A DNA stretch of 59,480 bases, filler included, from Sphacelaria rigidula (GCA_964200075.2; 8 parts of 8 records of this genome joined end to end with filler, not necessarily neighbours in it), one strand, 5' to 3'; shown: positions 23,339 to 37,639, counted from the first letter of the whole stretch. Notes: generated from the sequence alone by a model not told the origin. Made by a program: numbers and translations.

Positions 23339-25980
23339 AAGGGCTTTTGCACGTCTGTACACTCAAGGGGCACCGTCGAAGCGTGGTCTACGCCATGCAC
23401 GAGGAGAAGCAGAGGCGGTAACAGCAGCAGCACCAGCAGCTGTGTACGGTTGGGGGTGAATCTGAATCAGCCGGTGTCGATACTGCTGCTATTGCTGCTG
23501 CCGCTGCTTTCCTCGTGCGAGAGACGGGACGCGTTTCGACCGTGAACCATGCCGATGCACCTCGCTTGTGATTGCCGCCCTGCTGGCAATCTCTACGTGT
23601 ACTATTCGACAACAGATCCTTGCTTGCTCACTCGGTGAAAGTGCCGGGACATATAGCAGTGCGTGTCTCTCTTCGAGAGCTGTGAACGTTTAGTGTGTAG
23701 TCTACGCATGGCAACTGATGATGAGAAAGCCAGCTGTGCACTCATGATATGCCGAACCGCCCACGCGTGACAACCATTTGACGTTGCCTTTCGCATCCTC
23801 ATGCAATTGATCCTCCGTTCTCACGACTTGCATTACCGAAATAGTATATTTTTTTTGTGTGAGGACGATTTCGGGAGCAATGGAAGGGGCGCACCAGCCA
23901 TGTACTTTTCACAAGGACTACAAAAAGTAATCCGCCACAACCGTTCTCATTCCCAGTGTGTTTCCATCGTGTGTTTTCATATCCTCTCTCTCGGTTAGAC
24001 GGGGCCTTGTCCGAAAACAAGGGACATATATCAAGATCAGCCGGGTGTCCAGGTTCAGCCCGGTTGTGCCCACTTTTTTCGTACAGTACAGTAGTGCAGC
24101 TCGTCCCTTTCCCTGGAATGATGACAAATGGTACATTCGTGCCGTGTCCCCCAAAGCGTCGTCGCTGAGTGATGACCAGAGTCCTACTCCATCGCGATGT
24201 ATCGGTCGCATTCCTTCTCGAAGTACAACACATGAGCCGCATAGGAGGTGTAGTTCGGAGACAGCTTCATCGGGAAGAAAAAACTGTCCCGTTGTTCTTG
24301 TAGCCAATGAGGAAAAGTTGTGTCGTCCCGGTCGTCGCGTGTAACGTCCTTCATATGTCAAAAACGCCCTGATCGACATGCTCTTGGGGCTGCTTGACGC
24401 TGATCACCCAAAATTCACGCACCCGCCGAATACATTTCTACGCGGGTTCTTAGAGTTGGGCTAGGAAGTTTTGGACGCATGCACTATGGAGCATGGCGAA
24501 ACTTTTAACGGATGGGACCTGTTGAATTTTGCTCTTTTTCGCTAGTTATGGGGGGATTCGGGGTTTGGGAGGGTTCGGGGAGGTTCGGGGGAGCATATTT
24601 ACTCTTGGACTACCTGACAACTGGCGAAAATATCAAAACTCGAGTCCACCCGTGAATACTCTCGTTGTGTTCCATAGTATATGTGTGCAAAATTTTAAAG
24701 TCAAAGTCCAAGAAATTGGCGTGAACATTTGCGCTCTTGTGCGGTGAAGTGAGCTTCAAAGGTACAGACACTCGAACTACTTATTTTTGGTATAAAATCG
24801 TTTTGTGAAGGAAAACGAGGAAAAACGAGGAAAAACACGCAAGTGGTCTCCGCGTTTAGCAACGAAACTTTATACGGAAGTATCTAGGGACTCGCATGTT
24901 TTTTTTTATTTCTCTGGACATTCTGTGCCGGCTTCCTGGAGTCTCCACATCTGGATTTCTGGTATTGAGCAGAACAGCTTTGAAGTATTTTTTGTAATTT
25001 TCAAAAACTTTTCCCCATTCGTAACACCAATACTTACCGAACTTCCCGAGTTTGAGGTCTATTTGTGTGCCGTTGGAGGGAATCCGACGACACCGAAACC
25101 CTACTGTACACCGAAATGCCACGGTTTGGGGTTGGTGTTTCCATCGTACAGGCCTGGTTCACGCTTGCTGACCCAGCGACTGTCCTCCGCAAAACTTTAC
25201 GACGTCTTCAGGAGCATTAGCCTGATATATTGCACAATTTTGCTATGGGTCGTTTCGCAACTTTCGACAGACGAGGTTGCGTTTAGATCAATCTCACAGT
25301 AACGGTTTCCAACTCTTTTTTTCTTTTTGATTCCCAAGCTGATGGCCATCTCTACGATTCGAGATGTGTGGAGATTGGCTGGAAATTGGGATGAGATTTC
25401 GTGTTTTTCCAGTCTCAAAACATATTGAACGACGGTGATCGGTCGAGTTGCCTCTTCGATCTTGACGCGACTGTTTCGGCCTCGAAAAAAATCCGGCTGT
25501 CACCCTCTCCGCCTGTTCACCGCGGTCAGTATGATACCATGTGTGCGACTATCGGGTAGGTATTGCGGAAGGCATTAACTGATAACACAATTCTGAGTAA
25601 TGTGCGTAAATCAGTCTGTAATCGTTTTCAGATTTTTTCCGTTAGGTTCCCGAGCTGATTGCGGTTACTGTGATTCCAAAACTGGGATGGAAATATGTAT
25701 TTTTTCAGAACAAGTTGCAGGCCGCTGATTGGCCGAAATATATTTTCGCCCTCGGCGCCACCGCTCTGACCCTGTATACAAATCCGACTATTTTCCCCTC
25801 TCCAGTTTGGCATGCTGGTCAGTATGAACCCACGTATGCAACTATTGGATAGTTGTTCCGGGTGGCATTTGTTGACACAGTTTTGAGTGATACGCGTGAA
25901 CCGGCTCGTTCAACATTCTGACATGATTTGCCGCTTCCCCCGCCCCCACCTTGCTCCTTTTTTCTCCTTCTCAAAATCAG

Positions 25981-26376
25981 GCTGCTGCTCTGAACGCCGT
26001 AGTAGCCGACGCCTCGACACACGTCATCCGCGGCACGACGGTAAGCGTGCAGTGGTCTCGCGGCGCCAAAGACGGGGGCGGAGGCGACCGGCCGCGTCGT
26101 CGGGGATCGAACACATCAGTTACTAGCTCCGGCTCCCCCTCCCGGGGCGGTGGTAACAGCAGGTCTTCGCCCAAGACGGGTATGTTCACCGGCGGCGGCG
26201 GCGGCCACAAGGGGGGTGGTGGACACCGTGGCGGCGGCGGAGGAGGAGGAAGTTGCGGAGCGGGGTGCACTCACGGATACAGCCCCCGCCGGGGTCGTGG
26301 GAAGGAGCATGTGCACTCGGGTTCCTTGGGCGGGGTGCCTCCTGGGTACCAGTATGGTGGTCATGACCAGCAGATG
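25981..26376 (+). CDS. Internal exon of a host gene; starts with a possible RRM C-terminal segment, then Gly/Arg-rich
   Basis: Strong polypyrimidine tract plus cag acceptor and ATG|gtgagg donor; AAALNAVVADASTHVIRGTTVSVQWSRG resembles RRM helix 2/beta 4; phase 0. Confidence 0.6.
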
Positions 26377-27092
26377 GTGAGGGGGGAGATTTCGTCGATG
26401 ATTTGGTTTCTGTCGGTGTCTGTTTTTTTTTTTGGTATCTGGATGTTCATAGTGTGTTTCAACGCAAACTTATTTCTGTGTCGTGTCGTATTGGGCTGCA
26501 GGGCACGTGATGATGACTAAGTGCGAAGGGACTGAAACAGTGTTTGACTGAACCGAACTGTCATGTATTTTCATATACCCTCCTGTTGATGTAGACGTGG
26601 ACGAGAGCTGACAAGGTATCCTATGGTGCTTCTCGCAACTAAGGAGACCTCGATTTATGTTTCGTCTTGGCATCGTACACATCGCACCCGCACTGGTCGT
26701 CAACCATGAAGACTTCTACCCTTGGTCTTCTGAGTCTTTTATGTCGCTTGTCAACCGCGATTATACCCGAGTTGTGGATCAACCTCAAGTCGCATGCCGC
26801 TAACTGTGTGCTATTTCAGCTTCAGTGCAGTACGTCCACCGGAAATGTGAACCCGGGCACTTACCATGCCATTGCTGTCGTGCAATGCCTCCCGGAACTC
26901 AGCCGCTGGTGTAAATGTTTTTGTACCGTAGTCGAGTCGCCGATAGATGGAGTCTTGCCCCCTGAGCATACCCTCATTTTCGGTGAAAAGTCGTCCGAAA
27001 TTTCATATCTGAGCCACTTCCTTCTTCAATGACGTTCATGCCCATGGTGAATCAGGCGACCCCCCCCCCCCCTCCTCTCCCATCACCGACAG

Positions 27093-28172
27093 GTATGTGT
27101 GGTGGTCCCCGCCCAGCGGGCTGCCGCTCTAGGCCTGGCGCATCACCCCACGCACACGCTTCCCTCCTCCAGCTCACGGGGTAGCACACCGGGAGACGTG
27201 CACTTTGTCCCTTTGGCTTCGGGGTCCGGCGGCAGCGGGTACCCTGGTCACACGCGCTCCCACTCGCACACCCCTAGTTCTTCGAGTCACGGTTGTGTGA
27301 GCGGTGGGGTGGTCGGTTATGGCCACTACGTCGCGTCGGGCGCCAGCGCCAGCGAGCACCATCCGCATGCCGTGCATGGCCCCCACAACCACCACAAGTC
27401 GCTGAACGTCAGTCAATCATCAGTTTCCAGCGTTCCCTTCGCGGGCGTCGGGGGAAGCGGGCACGGGCATGGGCACGGACCCTTGACGCATTCCGCGGCG
27501 CACGGCATGTCGTCTCTACACCAATTGCAGCGCCGTGGGCGAGGACGTGTGGATTCCAGCAGGGGACTCCACCCTTCAGCGCTTGGCGTGAGCGGACAAC
27601 AATCTAGGTCGTCAGCCTACGGGTCATCGGAATACGACAGGTCCCAGCATGCCTCCCCCGCGTTCTCTCATTCTACTTCCTACCCGCCCCCGGGATGGAG
27701 CGGCGACGGGCCGGGGATGGCCAGAAGTGTGCCGCATGGCGCTTTGAGGTCACAGTCGCCGCCACCGCTCATATCCTCGGCGTCCGAGGGAAGGAGCGGA
27801 GGTGGGGCGCCCCGTCCACCGACGCCGCCCCGGAGCTACGAACTCCCGTATGGCAGGTATCAGGTGGTGCCTGGGCACGGAGGGGTAATGGACGCATATC
27901 CGGCCGGGGTTAGTGCACCCAGCCGGCGGCACTCTGGTAGTTCTCTCATGACGGGTTCGTCCCGGATCAGTGCCCTGTCTTCAATGATTCCGTCGCGGCA
28001 GGAACGGGGTGGCGGTGGCGGGGGAGGAAGAGGAGGGCTGAGCGGGGTCTCTGCCCTGTCACCATCCTCGTCGTACTCGAGGTTTTACATGTCCGCCACG
28101 ACGGAAGATATCGGGAACGAGCGCGAGTCGTGTGAGCACAACTTCCCTGGACCTTGTTCCCATCTACCTTGA
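27093..28172 (+). CDS. Terminal exon, His/Ser/Gly-rich disordered region of the same gene
   Basis: C-rich tract plus acag acceptor in frame with the 357-aa ORF; phase matches the upstream exon; TGA at 28170-28172 followed by T-rich UTR-like sequence. Confidence 0.65.
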   Translation, partial: VCVVVPAQRAAALGLAHHPTHTLPSSSSRGSTPGDVHFVPLASGSGGSGYPGHTRSHSHTPSSSSHGCVSGGVVGYGHYVASGASASEHHPHAVHGPHNHHKSLNVSQSSVSSVPFAGVGGSGHGHGHGPLTHSAAHGMSSLHQLQRRGRGRVDSSRGLHPSALGVSGQQSRSSAYGSSEYDRSQHASPAFSHSTSYPPPGWSGDGPGMARSVPHGALRSQSPPPLISSASEGRSGGGAPRPPTPPRSYELPYGRYQVVPGHGGVMDAYPAGVSAPSRRHSGSSLMTGSSRISALSSMIPSRQERGGGGGGGRGGLSGVSALSPSSSYSRFYMSATTEDIGNERESCEHNFPGPCSHLP

Positions 28173-31100
28173 GGAAAAGATGTGGACGGACGGCAGGATT
28201 GGATTGTTGCGACCGAGGGGGGATTTGATGCTGTCGACTCGCAGTGGTGGTGATGGGAAGGTAGAGGGCTGTAAGAGAGTGTGTAGAGACTGGGAGTGAC
28301 GAAAATATAGTTACCCCCCCCCCTCCGAGTATGGGAAAAAAAAAGAGAAGGAGGAAGACCGTAGATGGGTCAGGTGCAACTGCAACCTCAAGTAGCATCC
28401 TCAAAGTAGTGTGGGGTTCGTCGCGCTTGCTGTGTTGCGCACCACGGCTTGTCTGCCGCGTTTTCTCAGCCTTGCTGTATAGCTGCGCACTGTACGCACA
28501 TATGTTGCCCTGTCGTCCACACCTTCATGTTTTGCTCACTCGCGCGCTCTCTCCTCCTTCCCCCTCCCCCTCCGGGTGGCAGTACGCCCTCTCCGGGTGG
28601 CGGCGATGTTTTGGTCTGGTTGGGATTGCCGATCACCACAGCAAGAAAAAAGTAAGGCTGATGGTTAACGTAGACTCAATATTTGGTGGGAAACGTGACA
28701 CGGTTTCCCCGTGCTTGAAGGATGAAAGGAAAATACCGCGGAGTGCTGTGTTCGATTGTACGTGTTTCAGTCCTACGATTTTTTTTTTGTAGCGGGAAGT
28801 AACAAAAAATACAAGATGGTTTCACCGGAAACAAATGCGTGTGATCGGGAGAAACTTCTTCTTTTTGTTCCTTTTTTTCTTTCCCTTTGCTCGGTTGTGC
28901 CCTTGGCTGGTTTGTCCTGTTTTGTCCTGTTCTGTTCAGTTTGTATTGTAGTGAGTATTTCTTGTGTTTGGTTTCTCGTCTAGGAGGAAAAAATCATCTG
29001 TTCCGTACTTGGTGTTTTGTGTCACGTCCTTGCTTGAGGAAATCTTGCGCTGAAGTGTGCTTTTTATTTTGTTGATGAATTTAGGCAGAGTCCTTCCCAC
29101 TTCTTGTCACGCCGTCCCTCCATGCCCCCCTCGTCTTGCATTTTCCCGTATTATAGCATTTTGTATTTTTTTTCATGTCTTATGTGGGTAAACTCTTTGG
29201 CGATCGAAAGTAAAGAGGGACAGGATGTAGATGTGTCCATGTGTCGGGAGCGGGTCGAGCAAACCCTTTTCGTTGCATGTCGCATGCGGTTTTTGGTCAA
29301 GCGCCGATTCACTTTTTTTTTTCTTCAAGTCTTGTACTTGCGGATGTTTTTCACTTGTTATTCTGCCACAGCAGCAGCGCCCATCGCTCAAAAATTGCAC
29401 CGAAATGGATTTTTATATAAAAAACGGGTATTTACTGTGGAATAGTTGAGGTCTGCAGGCATGAAAGCAGATGTAGTGCGATCCCGGTGAGGCATACGAA
29501 ACTTTTACCCTGCACGAGCCACAGTCAGCGTCTTTGGAGCATATCTCACTGGCGATTGGTGGTCATGTGTGGGGGATAATATGTGTTGACAGTTAAGGAT
29601 GCGGAAGTCGCGCTTGGGAGAAATTATGAGGACGCTTCACAGCGACGCGATGATGGTGAGAAGGGAGGGAAGGAGGGGGGGGGCGGGGGGGGNNNNNNNN
29701 NNNNNNNNNNNNNNNNNNNNNNNNNNNNNNNNNNNNTTAATTAATTAANNNNNNNNNNNNNNNNNNNNNNNNNNNNNNNNNNNNNNNNNNNNGGAAATGA
29801 CAAGATTGTATGCGTTGCTAGGAGCTTTGGAGGGTAATTGTGAGCAGCATCGCCCACGAAGCTCACTTGCGATCCACCTGCCAGAGAAAGGCCTACCGTA
29901 GAACTAATCACAAGAAGGACCATCAGCTTTTCATCTGCTCTGCGCGATGTCTCACCTTCTGCCAGCAAGCCGTGACAAGCTATAACACGAGTAAGTCACG
30001 AGTAACATAGCCCCTTTGTGTCAATTGGTGTTTCCTTTTTTGAAAGAGCTCGGTGCTTACTTTCAATCACAGTTGTCTGCTGTTGACGAGTGTTGTGTGC
30101 GAGTGAAACCTACTGCTTCAGTTAACGAGTCAAAAACAGGACCGATGGGTCACATACTCACCCATCTTGGGTTGTGGCTTGCCCTGCTAACGAATACTTC
30201 AACATTCATGGGGCTTCAAAGATAGCTTGTTACCTTGAGCTGTACGGTTTCTCTCTAGTCGGCTGCTGTGCACGCATCCGCCGAACACCAGCTTTCGTTT
30301 GTTTGTTATTTTCAAGTACTGTGCTTTCGGTCCTTGTTTTTCACTTGATATTGGTGTACACGATTTATCGGTGTAACACACGCGGGTAATTAGACAGTTT
30401 CTTGGACAGCTGTTTTCTCTCTTACTCGGAGTTGGACAGACATCCCGACTCGAGTTAGCTTCAAGGATTCGATGTGTCATACAGCCCCCACATTGGTTTC
30501 AGGCAACGGCGACCGAACCATGGGGCGCTTCAGGTACGAACGCACACGCAAGCCCTCTTTTGCTGCAGAAGCATATTCCCCGCAACCTGCAGGTCATATC
30601 GGCGGTACAAGCCAACCCACTGTGGCGGATGTGCTCTCTCTGGTAGCGTTATACATCCCACAGAGAACACATAGCGTTTTCATGCACAGTCGATCTGATG
30701 TGCTGTGTCTTTTTTCACCCACGGGCGGTTCTCGGATAATAAAGCCGATTCATGCTTGCAGGTAACGAGTACGCGGCCTATTTTAACCGCCGCCCGCTGC
30801 GCAGACGAGTTTTCTTCCAAACACGGAACGTTGATCCACCATGCGCACCGAATTGTATCGATGCGACATGATGGACTCGGACTGAAGATGTTGTCTGTAC
30901 ACGAGCATGATTGAACACGGCGAGGCGTGAGGCTCATGTTACTTGTTCACTTTCACACGGCACCAGGGTACACTACAGTTTGATTTCCGCCCCACCACCA
31001 CGCACTACAGTACATACTTGATCGTCCAGAAGGCCACGTACCTTTCCCGTTGAACTATTGTTCCGAATTGAAGTACTGACAACAGTACAGCACCGTTTGA

Positions 31101-32026
31101 ATTACAAATGATCCCAGCGGGTAATATCTTGGGGCCGGTGAGGTGCCGTGCTGTAGCATACGTTGGTACTGTGCACTATCTGAACGAAGTCATCTATATT
31201 GTATTGTAGATATGAACACGACGCGGGTATAACGTTGTGTCGGGTTTTCTTCATGTGATACGAGCAAATGGACATCGTACTGCACTGCCGACCAACCCCG
31301 CTGCACCACGCGAAGATAATATGTACTGTACTGTGCCACACAGCATTTTGCTGTCTGGTGCTTTGTACGCTGCTGTTGTACTGCACTACATATATGTATT
31401 ACGGTTGCGCTTGTACATTTATTGACTGTTTACCTGCACGATGATATGTCATTGATCCGCGTCTCGGCTATTTTCAGCGAACTACGCGGTACTGGGATAA
31501 GTATCGCCAGCTGCGCTGGTATTGCTTCTGGAAACACGGCATCCGGTAGTTGTTTTTTTTCTCAGCCTCAACGTGTTCTCAAAGTAGAACTGAGTGGTTT
31601 GACATTGCCGTTCGCTGCATCCCACACGTCTCTTCCTTCGTGGCATGCAGGTTTGTCGATGCGCTGTTGCGCTGGTGACAGACACTGTATGTCTGTTGAT
31701 TGTGACCACCTTTGTTTTCTTGTCTCTTGCTGTTATAATCTATTCCAACACACACACACATACGGTTTGTTGTGTGCCTTCGACATATTGTTTTTCCTTT
31801 CGTCTGCACCTGATTAAAAAGGTGATGGACCGCTACATGTGCGGAGTGCGCGGATCTACGTGTCGATCGAACACTGTCGACAGTACCCTGCCACTATATT
31901 TCTTTATTTTTGTTCACTCCGCCTCAGTCCTCAACAACTGTGATGTCTCCCACGACGAAACGTTCACTTTTCAACCCCCGCATCCCTACGTGAATGATCT
32001 GGCGCAATTGCGGAGGTGTACAAGCT

Positions 32027-35000
32027 ATGTCTGATATCAACCGCCCTTCGACTTCATCGGAGCACGATGGCACGAAGGACGGGTCGCTCCCTACAGACAA
32101 TGGTGAACAACCGTACAAATCCGCCACGCGTAGTGAGACGAGTGACAAAAACGAACCAGAACGTCGTGACGTTGATGATAACGTCGTTGCAGGACGTATT
32201 TTCAGGGACATGAGAGTGAATGAAGACAATCCTCCTCCACATGCTCACCCTGACCCCGTCGGTGCCCACTCCCCTGTACACCGACCAGCCACTCAAAGTG
32301 CTGACGATGTCTCCACTCTTCTTTCTCAGATGGCCTCACTCCACGCAGACCCTGATGCTACGAAAACCTTCCCTGACGATGACCTCCGCACCCAAACCGG
32401 TGCTGAACCCTCTGATCATTCCACTCTGGCTTTTGATACGTCGCCCAGATTGGAACAATACCTGCCCACGCGTGACGAAACACACGACCGGCTTCGGAGA
32501 AAACGTCCAGACTTCATTTCCCCACGCCATTGGTGCAACTTTTCAGGGACTGAACAGGCAGCGTGCTGGAATCAGATCCGCAGCAACGATCTAGCACACA
32601 TTGAACTTGAGCACAGAGAGTTGGAGTTTGCCCGCCTACAGGTATCTACAAGTGTCCAGGAGCCCGATCAAGCCTCCCATAATGTAGATGTCCACCCCGA
32701 GAAGAAGCCAACGGAATAGAATGAACTAGGACGCGCGATCCGCGAATCCACGAAGGCTCTGGAAATTGCGGAGAAAGAGTATAAGCTATTGACAAAAAGA
32801 TGCTCGGAAGGTTCGCGTCATTTTGGACTATGTTGGCAAGTCTGGCAATCACAACTGCGTTCGTACGGTCGCCTGCTCCGCCCCAGAAGCGACAACTGAT
32901 TCACCGCCTGACCCACCTGACCTTGCACACTTTCAACCACATGCACAGGACCATTCACAAAACGGTAGACGTTTACACATGAGTGGACCTAGTGCCGCGG
33001 CTGAACCCCACCAGGGCGGTACCCACACAGCACTGATGCTCCACCTCACAACTTGACAACCTTTTCGGAACGTTCTACAAGTTACGGAGATTCCAAATAG
33101 CATACAGTGGGGTAACCCAGGACGCGTTGCTTAGCCCAAAAGCTAAGCCCCGCCACCTGCCTGTTTATTTTTCTACTTCTGTAAGTCATTTCTCATTAGT
33201 TGGTACAATCCCACAAGTAGAAATAAACGATGACCGGCAATTCACTGCAGAAGTACCCACCAATTTTATGTTAACCATTTTTTTGTTGTTCGCTCGGCCA
33301 GGTCACACACATCACACGTACGAATCGGCGGTGGCCACCGCGGGTTCAACCATGTGGTGTGGGTTCCCTGGATATGCTAACACTGCCTTGAAGGATTCCA
33401 AGACAGTCCAAGCCCGTGCACCGTTGCATGGCTATCAGTTGAGCAGTGACCAACCCAACGTTTTAACCCTGGATTTGATCACCCACTTTTACATTCATCA
33501 GGAACTGATCATATTCAATCGAATCCCCTCCCTTCGAGGGAGAGGAAGTCATGTAGTGCAGTTTCTCACGCATCAGGAGCCAGAATATCTTCTGGCACGA
33601 TAAACACTGCTGCTCCGACCGTTCATCGGGGAACACAAAACTCAAAACCACACACTCAAGCACCCCCCAACTGCTCAAGTGCCCGGCTAACCACCCTACC
33701 GAGTTCCGCAAAAACTACGGTACCCGGTTTCCTTTCATTTGATGAGCGTAATTATTCCTTGAAGGGTCGCAACCGCAAAGAACCCATGCTTTCCGTCGCT
33801 CAGCGGGTTGGAATGGAACCCCAAGTGACAGCGACTCAGATGGTGCGCCAAGAGCGTAACCTAGGTTCGACTGTCCAAGAACTCATTTCAATAGCTCCTG
33901 GAGCCGCCGACCTTTTCGTGCGCTGCACGCGTCACCAGAGGCGGGCCACTCCAGATGATCACGTAGATAACCCTGATGTAGCAAGCGCACGTGAGCTCCA
34001 CGGAGGAGATTGCGTGTGGGCTCAGACAGATGAAACCCTTACAGTGAAACAGGCCGGTACTCCCCAGATTTCGAACAGATCGTTACTGCTCCCTAACCAC
34101 CCCGCGTGCACTACGTTAGAACCCATTTCCGATTAAGCGTTACCGTCTGTAGGGACAGAGACTCCGCCGACTCATGGACGTTCGCATCCTAGTGATGAAG
34201 GCACCCCGATCGTGTGTTCGTCACCAGGCAAACAAAGTGTTACGCAAGACGACTCGTCTCCTAACTCGCCCACGTTGGCCCCTTTAATAGACGCCGGGTT
34301 GAACAGTGCAGCTTTATCAACCCCGCGTCCTGACGAATCGTCTCCGAAACCTCCCATGTTGGCCCCACCTAGTGATGGTATTGAGTTGATTGGTGTATCA
34401 AAGTCAACACGGCGCCCCGATGAATCGTCCCCTGTTCCGACCAAGCTGGATAATGTAATTGATCCCGCTTTGCACAATGACGATTCGCCCCCTCTGTTGG
34501 CCAGTAAGGGTGAAACACCACGCACAGATCAGTTGTCGGATCCAACCACGGCAACTTCCCTTCCCCGGCATCGCCCCTCCGTTGCAGTATATGAGATTCA
34601 ACCCTCGACTGATGTGACGAATATTTCAGGCACAAACACTGACACTCCCTGCACGCACCATCCTTCCGACCAAAAGCTTGTCCCACAGGATCATCAACGG
34701 GTGTATTTTAGCACCTTCGTTCAAAACGCAAAGCAGGATGTGTTAGATGTCTTACACGAATTCGGGCCCGATCTCGTCAGTGGTACTGCAACTCTGGATG
34801 ATGCTTCTTCTACGACCAAGATAGGTTTACATAGTGGAGCGCGTGCAAACTGTCATTTGATAGCTCTTGCACTACCAGACTCTGGTTCGCCTCAAACGTT
34901 CATTACAGCCAGCTGCTGGCAACAGATGCTCAACGCGGGCGCGGCGCACGAGCATTGTCTGTCCACAGTGCACCCTCGTGTTATCGGTGGCTTTGGTTTC

Positions 35001-35630
35001 TCCACATGTCTTACGGTCAATCAATCGGTGAGACTAAGTGTACAATTCTACCAGGATACTACTCCCACTGCTCAGTTGTCCGTATGGGCACTAATTGTGC
35101 CCGACGGTTCCATGTCTTTTGATGTTTTGTTGAGTCGAGATAGTTGGCTTCGTTTTTCCACGCATACTTATACGACGGACACACCTGTCGCGAACCGTCC
35201 AGTCACAGGCAAACTTTCACTGGGTCACTTCGACACTGATTCGAGAGCTCATGCTTATGAGGATGACCCCACGAAAACAGGTAATGATTTCCGTCTGTAC
35301 TATGTTGGTGAAGCGGTAATCTCGCTTTCTCGTGAACCCCAACTGATTCAAGTGAAACTCGTGAGACGCCATGGATCGTCCGCCCTCACAGGACATTATT
35401 TGGTCGAGTTGTTCAAACCTGACCAAGCACAGGTTGGTCCGTTCGAACAGGCCGAAGTCTTTGTCCACGAAGGTAGGCACGCCATTTACCCCACGTCCCC
35501 TGCATGTTTCGATATACTCAACGGTCAGTTGTTGGGTTATGCTCAACCGCCTCTCATACGAACCGCCCTGTCAGATGTGTGCCCCTCGGCGAACAACAAC
35601 TCGCCGACCGAACCGGTCAGGGACGTTCCT
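32027..35630 (+). mobile_element. Decayed LTR retrotransposon gag-protease region
   Basis: Broken ORFs at 31994-32719 and 34212-35693; retropepsin-like ALPDSGSPQTFIT and FDVLLSRDSWL motifs; interrupted near 35630 by another repeat. Confidence 0.65.
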
Positions 35631-35699
35631 GTATTGTTGTCTATACATGGCTCCTACATTCACGTGTCGCAAAAATTATATCCACCTATATAGGTGGAT

Positions 35700-35880
35700 C
35701 TTTGTTTCCACCGTATCCTTTTTTTAACTCGGGAGCCCACATGTTTTTAATCAGCTGCCCGTTACGCATGTGTGCAAACAAAGTGAAACCTTCACGTGTT
35801 GTACCGTGGTGCAGGCAGTAGTCAGTAGCCACATCCTTGGCATCTGCATCCACTGCCATGGATGTGCAGCTGAATATGAA
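35700..35880 (-). repeat. Dispersed repeat shared with 52490-52785
   Basis: Reverse complement aligns with the contig 8 segment (GGCAGTGGAT...TACTGCCTGCAC...ACACGTGAAG...TGGGCTCC...ACGGTGGAAAC). Confidence 0.65.
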
Positions 35881-37069
35881 GACGATTAGTACTGTGTTGT
35901 AATGGCAGAGCACAGCTACCTACTGTGCTCGCGAGTACAACCCGTGCTGTAACCTGGCAGAGTACAGCCTGTACTCGGGCATGCAGTAGTACAAGATAAC
36001 AAATACAGACTACAGCTGTACCATGTTTGCGAAGTATAGCCTATAGTTGTAATGTCGTACTGCTCGCAAAATCCACGGCCTGTATCGTGAATACTGTTGC
36101 CTGCTGCAACACCCTGTCGTACAACTTTTATACCGCCAAGTCTACATCGTACAAAATGTATCATGCCCATCATCTCGAGAAAAAAATGTCATCATCCACG
36201 GCACCACCGGAGAATGACAGATCGAAGTGGGAGTTTTCCGTCGCGCTCAACGTAGACTCGTGCTGGCTGGACTTCGATACTCCGTCGGTCCTCTTTATGG
36301 TTATTTCTGCTGTATACACTCATTTAATTCGTCTTGTCTGCTACGTACTTACCGTTTCCTTTGAATTGTGCAATCATTTGCAATGGACGCTCAGAGTGGG
36401 AGGGGCATTGGGGGTTGCCATTCCGGCCCAGATGTTAATCATCGAGGGATTGAAGTTAGGACCGACAGATTGATGAAGGGAAGACATCTCAGGTGCATTC
36501 TTTGCCCACAGTGGCTCGCTCACACGCATTTTTTAGTTGGTTTATGGACGGGAGGCCCTGACCCCAACAAATTTCATTGAAGAAGTGTCTAACATGGCAT
36601 TATCCAACCCAGTCTACATGCGGTTTTGTCATGCCACATAGACACATGGAACACCTCTGACGGAATCTGCACTGGGGCCGCAGGCGGCGCATAGGCAATA
36701 TGCGCAATTTATGCGCATGATATGCCCACTAGGCCTTTCACAACCCAAAATAATGGTCTTTAAAAACACAGAATTTAGGCGCAAAAAATCGGAATTACGC
36801 GAAGCCTTAGGCGCACACGGGAGGCGAAGGCCAAAATATTATTGCTGAATTGGGTTTCTCACCGTGATGCGCTCGGACGACCCTATTCGTGAGATTCAGA
36901 GGGTAGTTTCAGATTCCGAGTGGATGATCTAGCGTTCCGAACAGGGAACGTTTTTTCCTTATTTTTTGCTTGAGCACACGTGCTGTGCATGCAGCTACCG
37001 TACAGTACCCCATTCGAGTATTTCGGCGGTCTGGTTGGTGAGATACTGTGCACAAAGCATTTTTACGCC

Positions 37070-37139
37070 TGGGGGGGGTGTACTCATGATCATGCATGCC
37101 ATAGTCAAAAGACCATAGACCTCGCATCCCTACAAAGCC
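37070..37139 (+). repeat. G-run-headed dispersed repeat at contig end
   Basis: Near identical to 7274-7348. Confidence 0.75.
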
Positions 37140-37639
37140 NNNNNNNNNNNNNNNNNNNNNNNNNNNNNNNNNNNNNNNNNNNNTTAATTAATTAANNNNN
37201 NNNNNNNNNNNNNNNNNNNNNNNNNNNNNNNNNNNNNNNCATCCGCATAATTATATCCGTACGTGTGCATGTTCACCCAGTGTACCTGTTCACATGAACA
37301 GAGGCTTCCTCCCAGTCACGGGCTCCAGAGACTTCAAGACTTCAAGCAGTTATACAAACGGCAGTCTTCGTTAATCAGAAGTAAGCTTCACGGGCTTTCC
37401 TCACGAACACGATAATATGTTACGCATCCAATAGTCATCTTCCAAACAATCAATCAAGGATCCGCCGCATATCTACATGTTGCATGGGTACTGTAGGTGG
37501 ACCACTCTACAGCACCCTCCAAAACTTCGCACTACTCGAAGTAGAAAGCGAATTTGACAAAACAGTAGACGCCGACAGTACCCTACGATGTCAACCAGAG
37601 ACAGTCATTATCAGACCGCATCAGGTCAAATCACGATGC

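Noticed and set aside
24420-25865. Non-autonomous DNA transposon
   Set aside because: The composition is suggestive, but the only inverted terminal match is about 6 bp.
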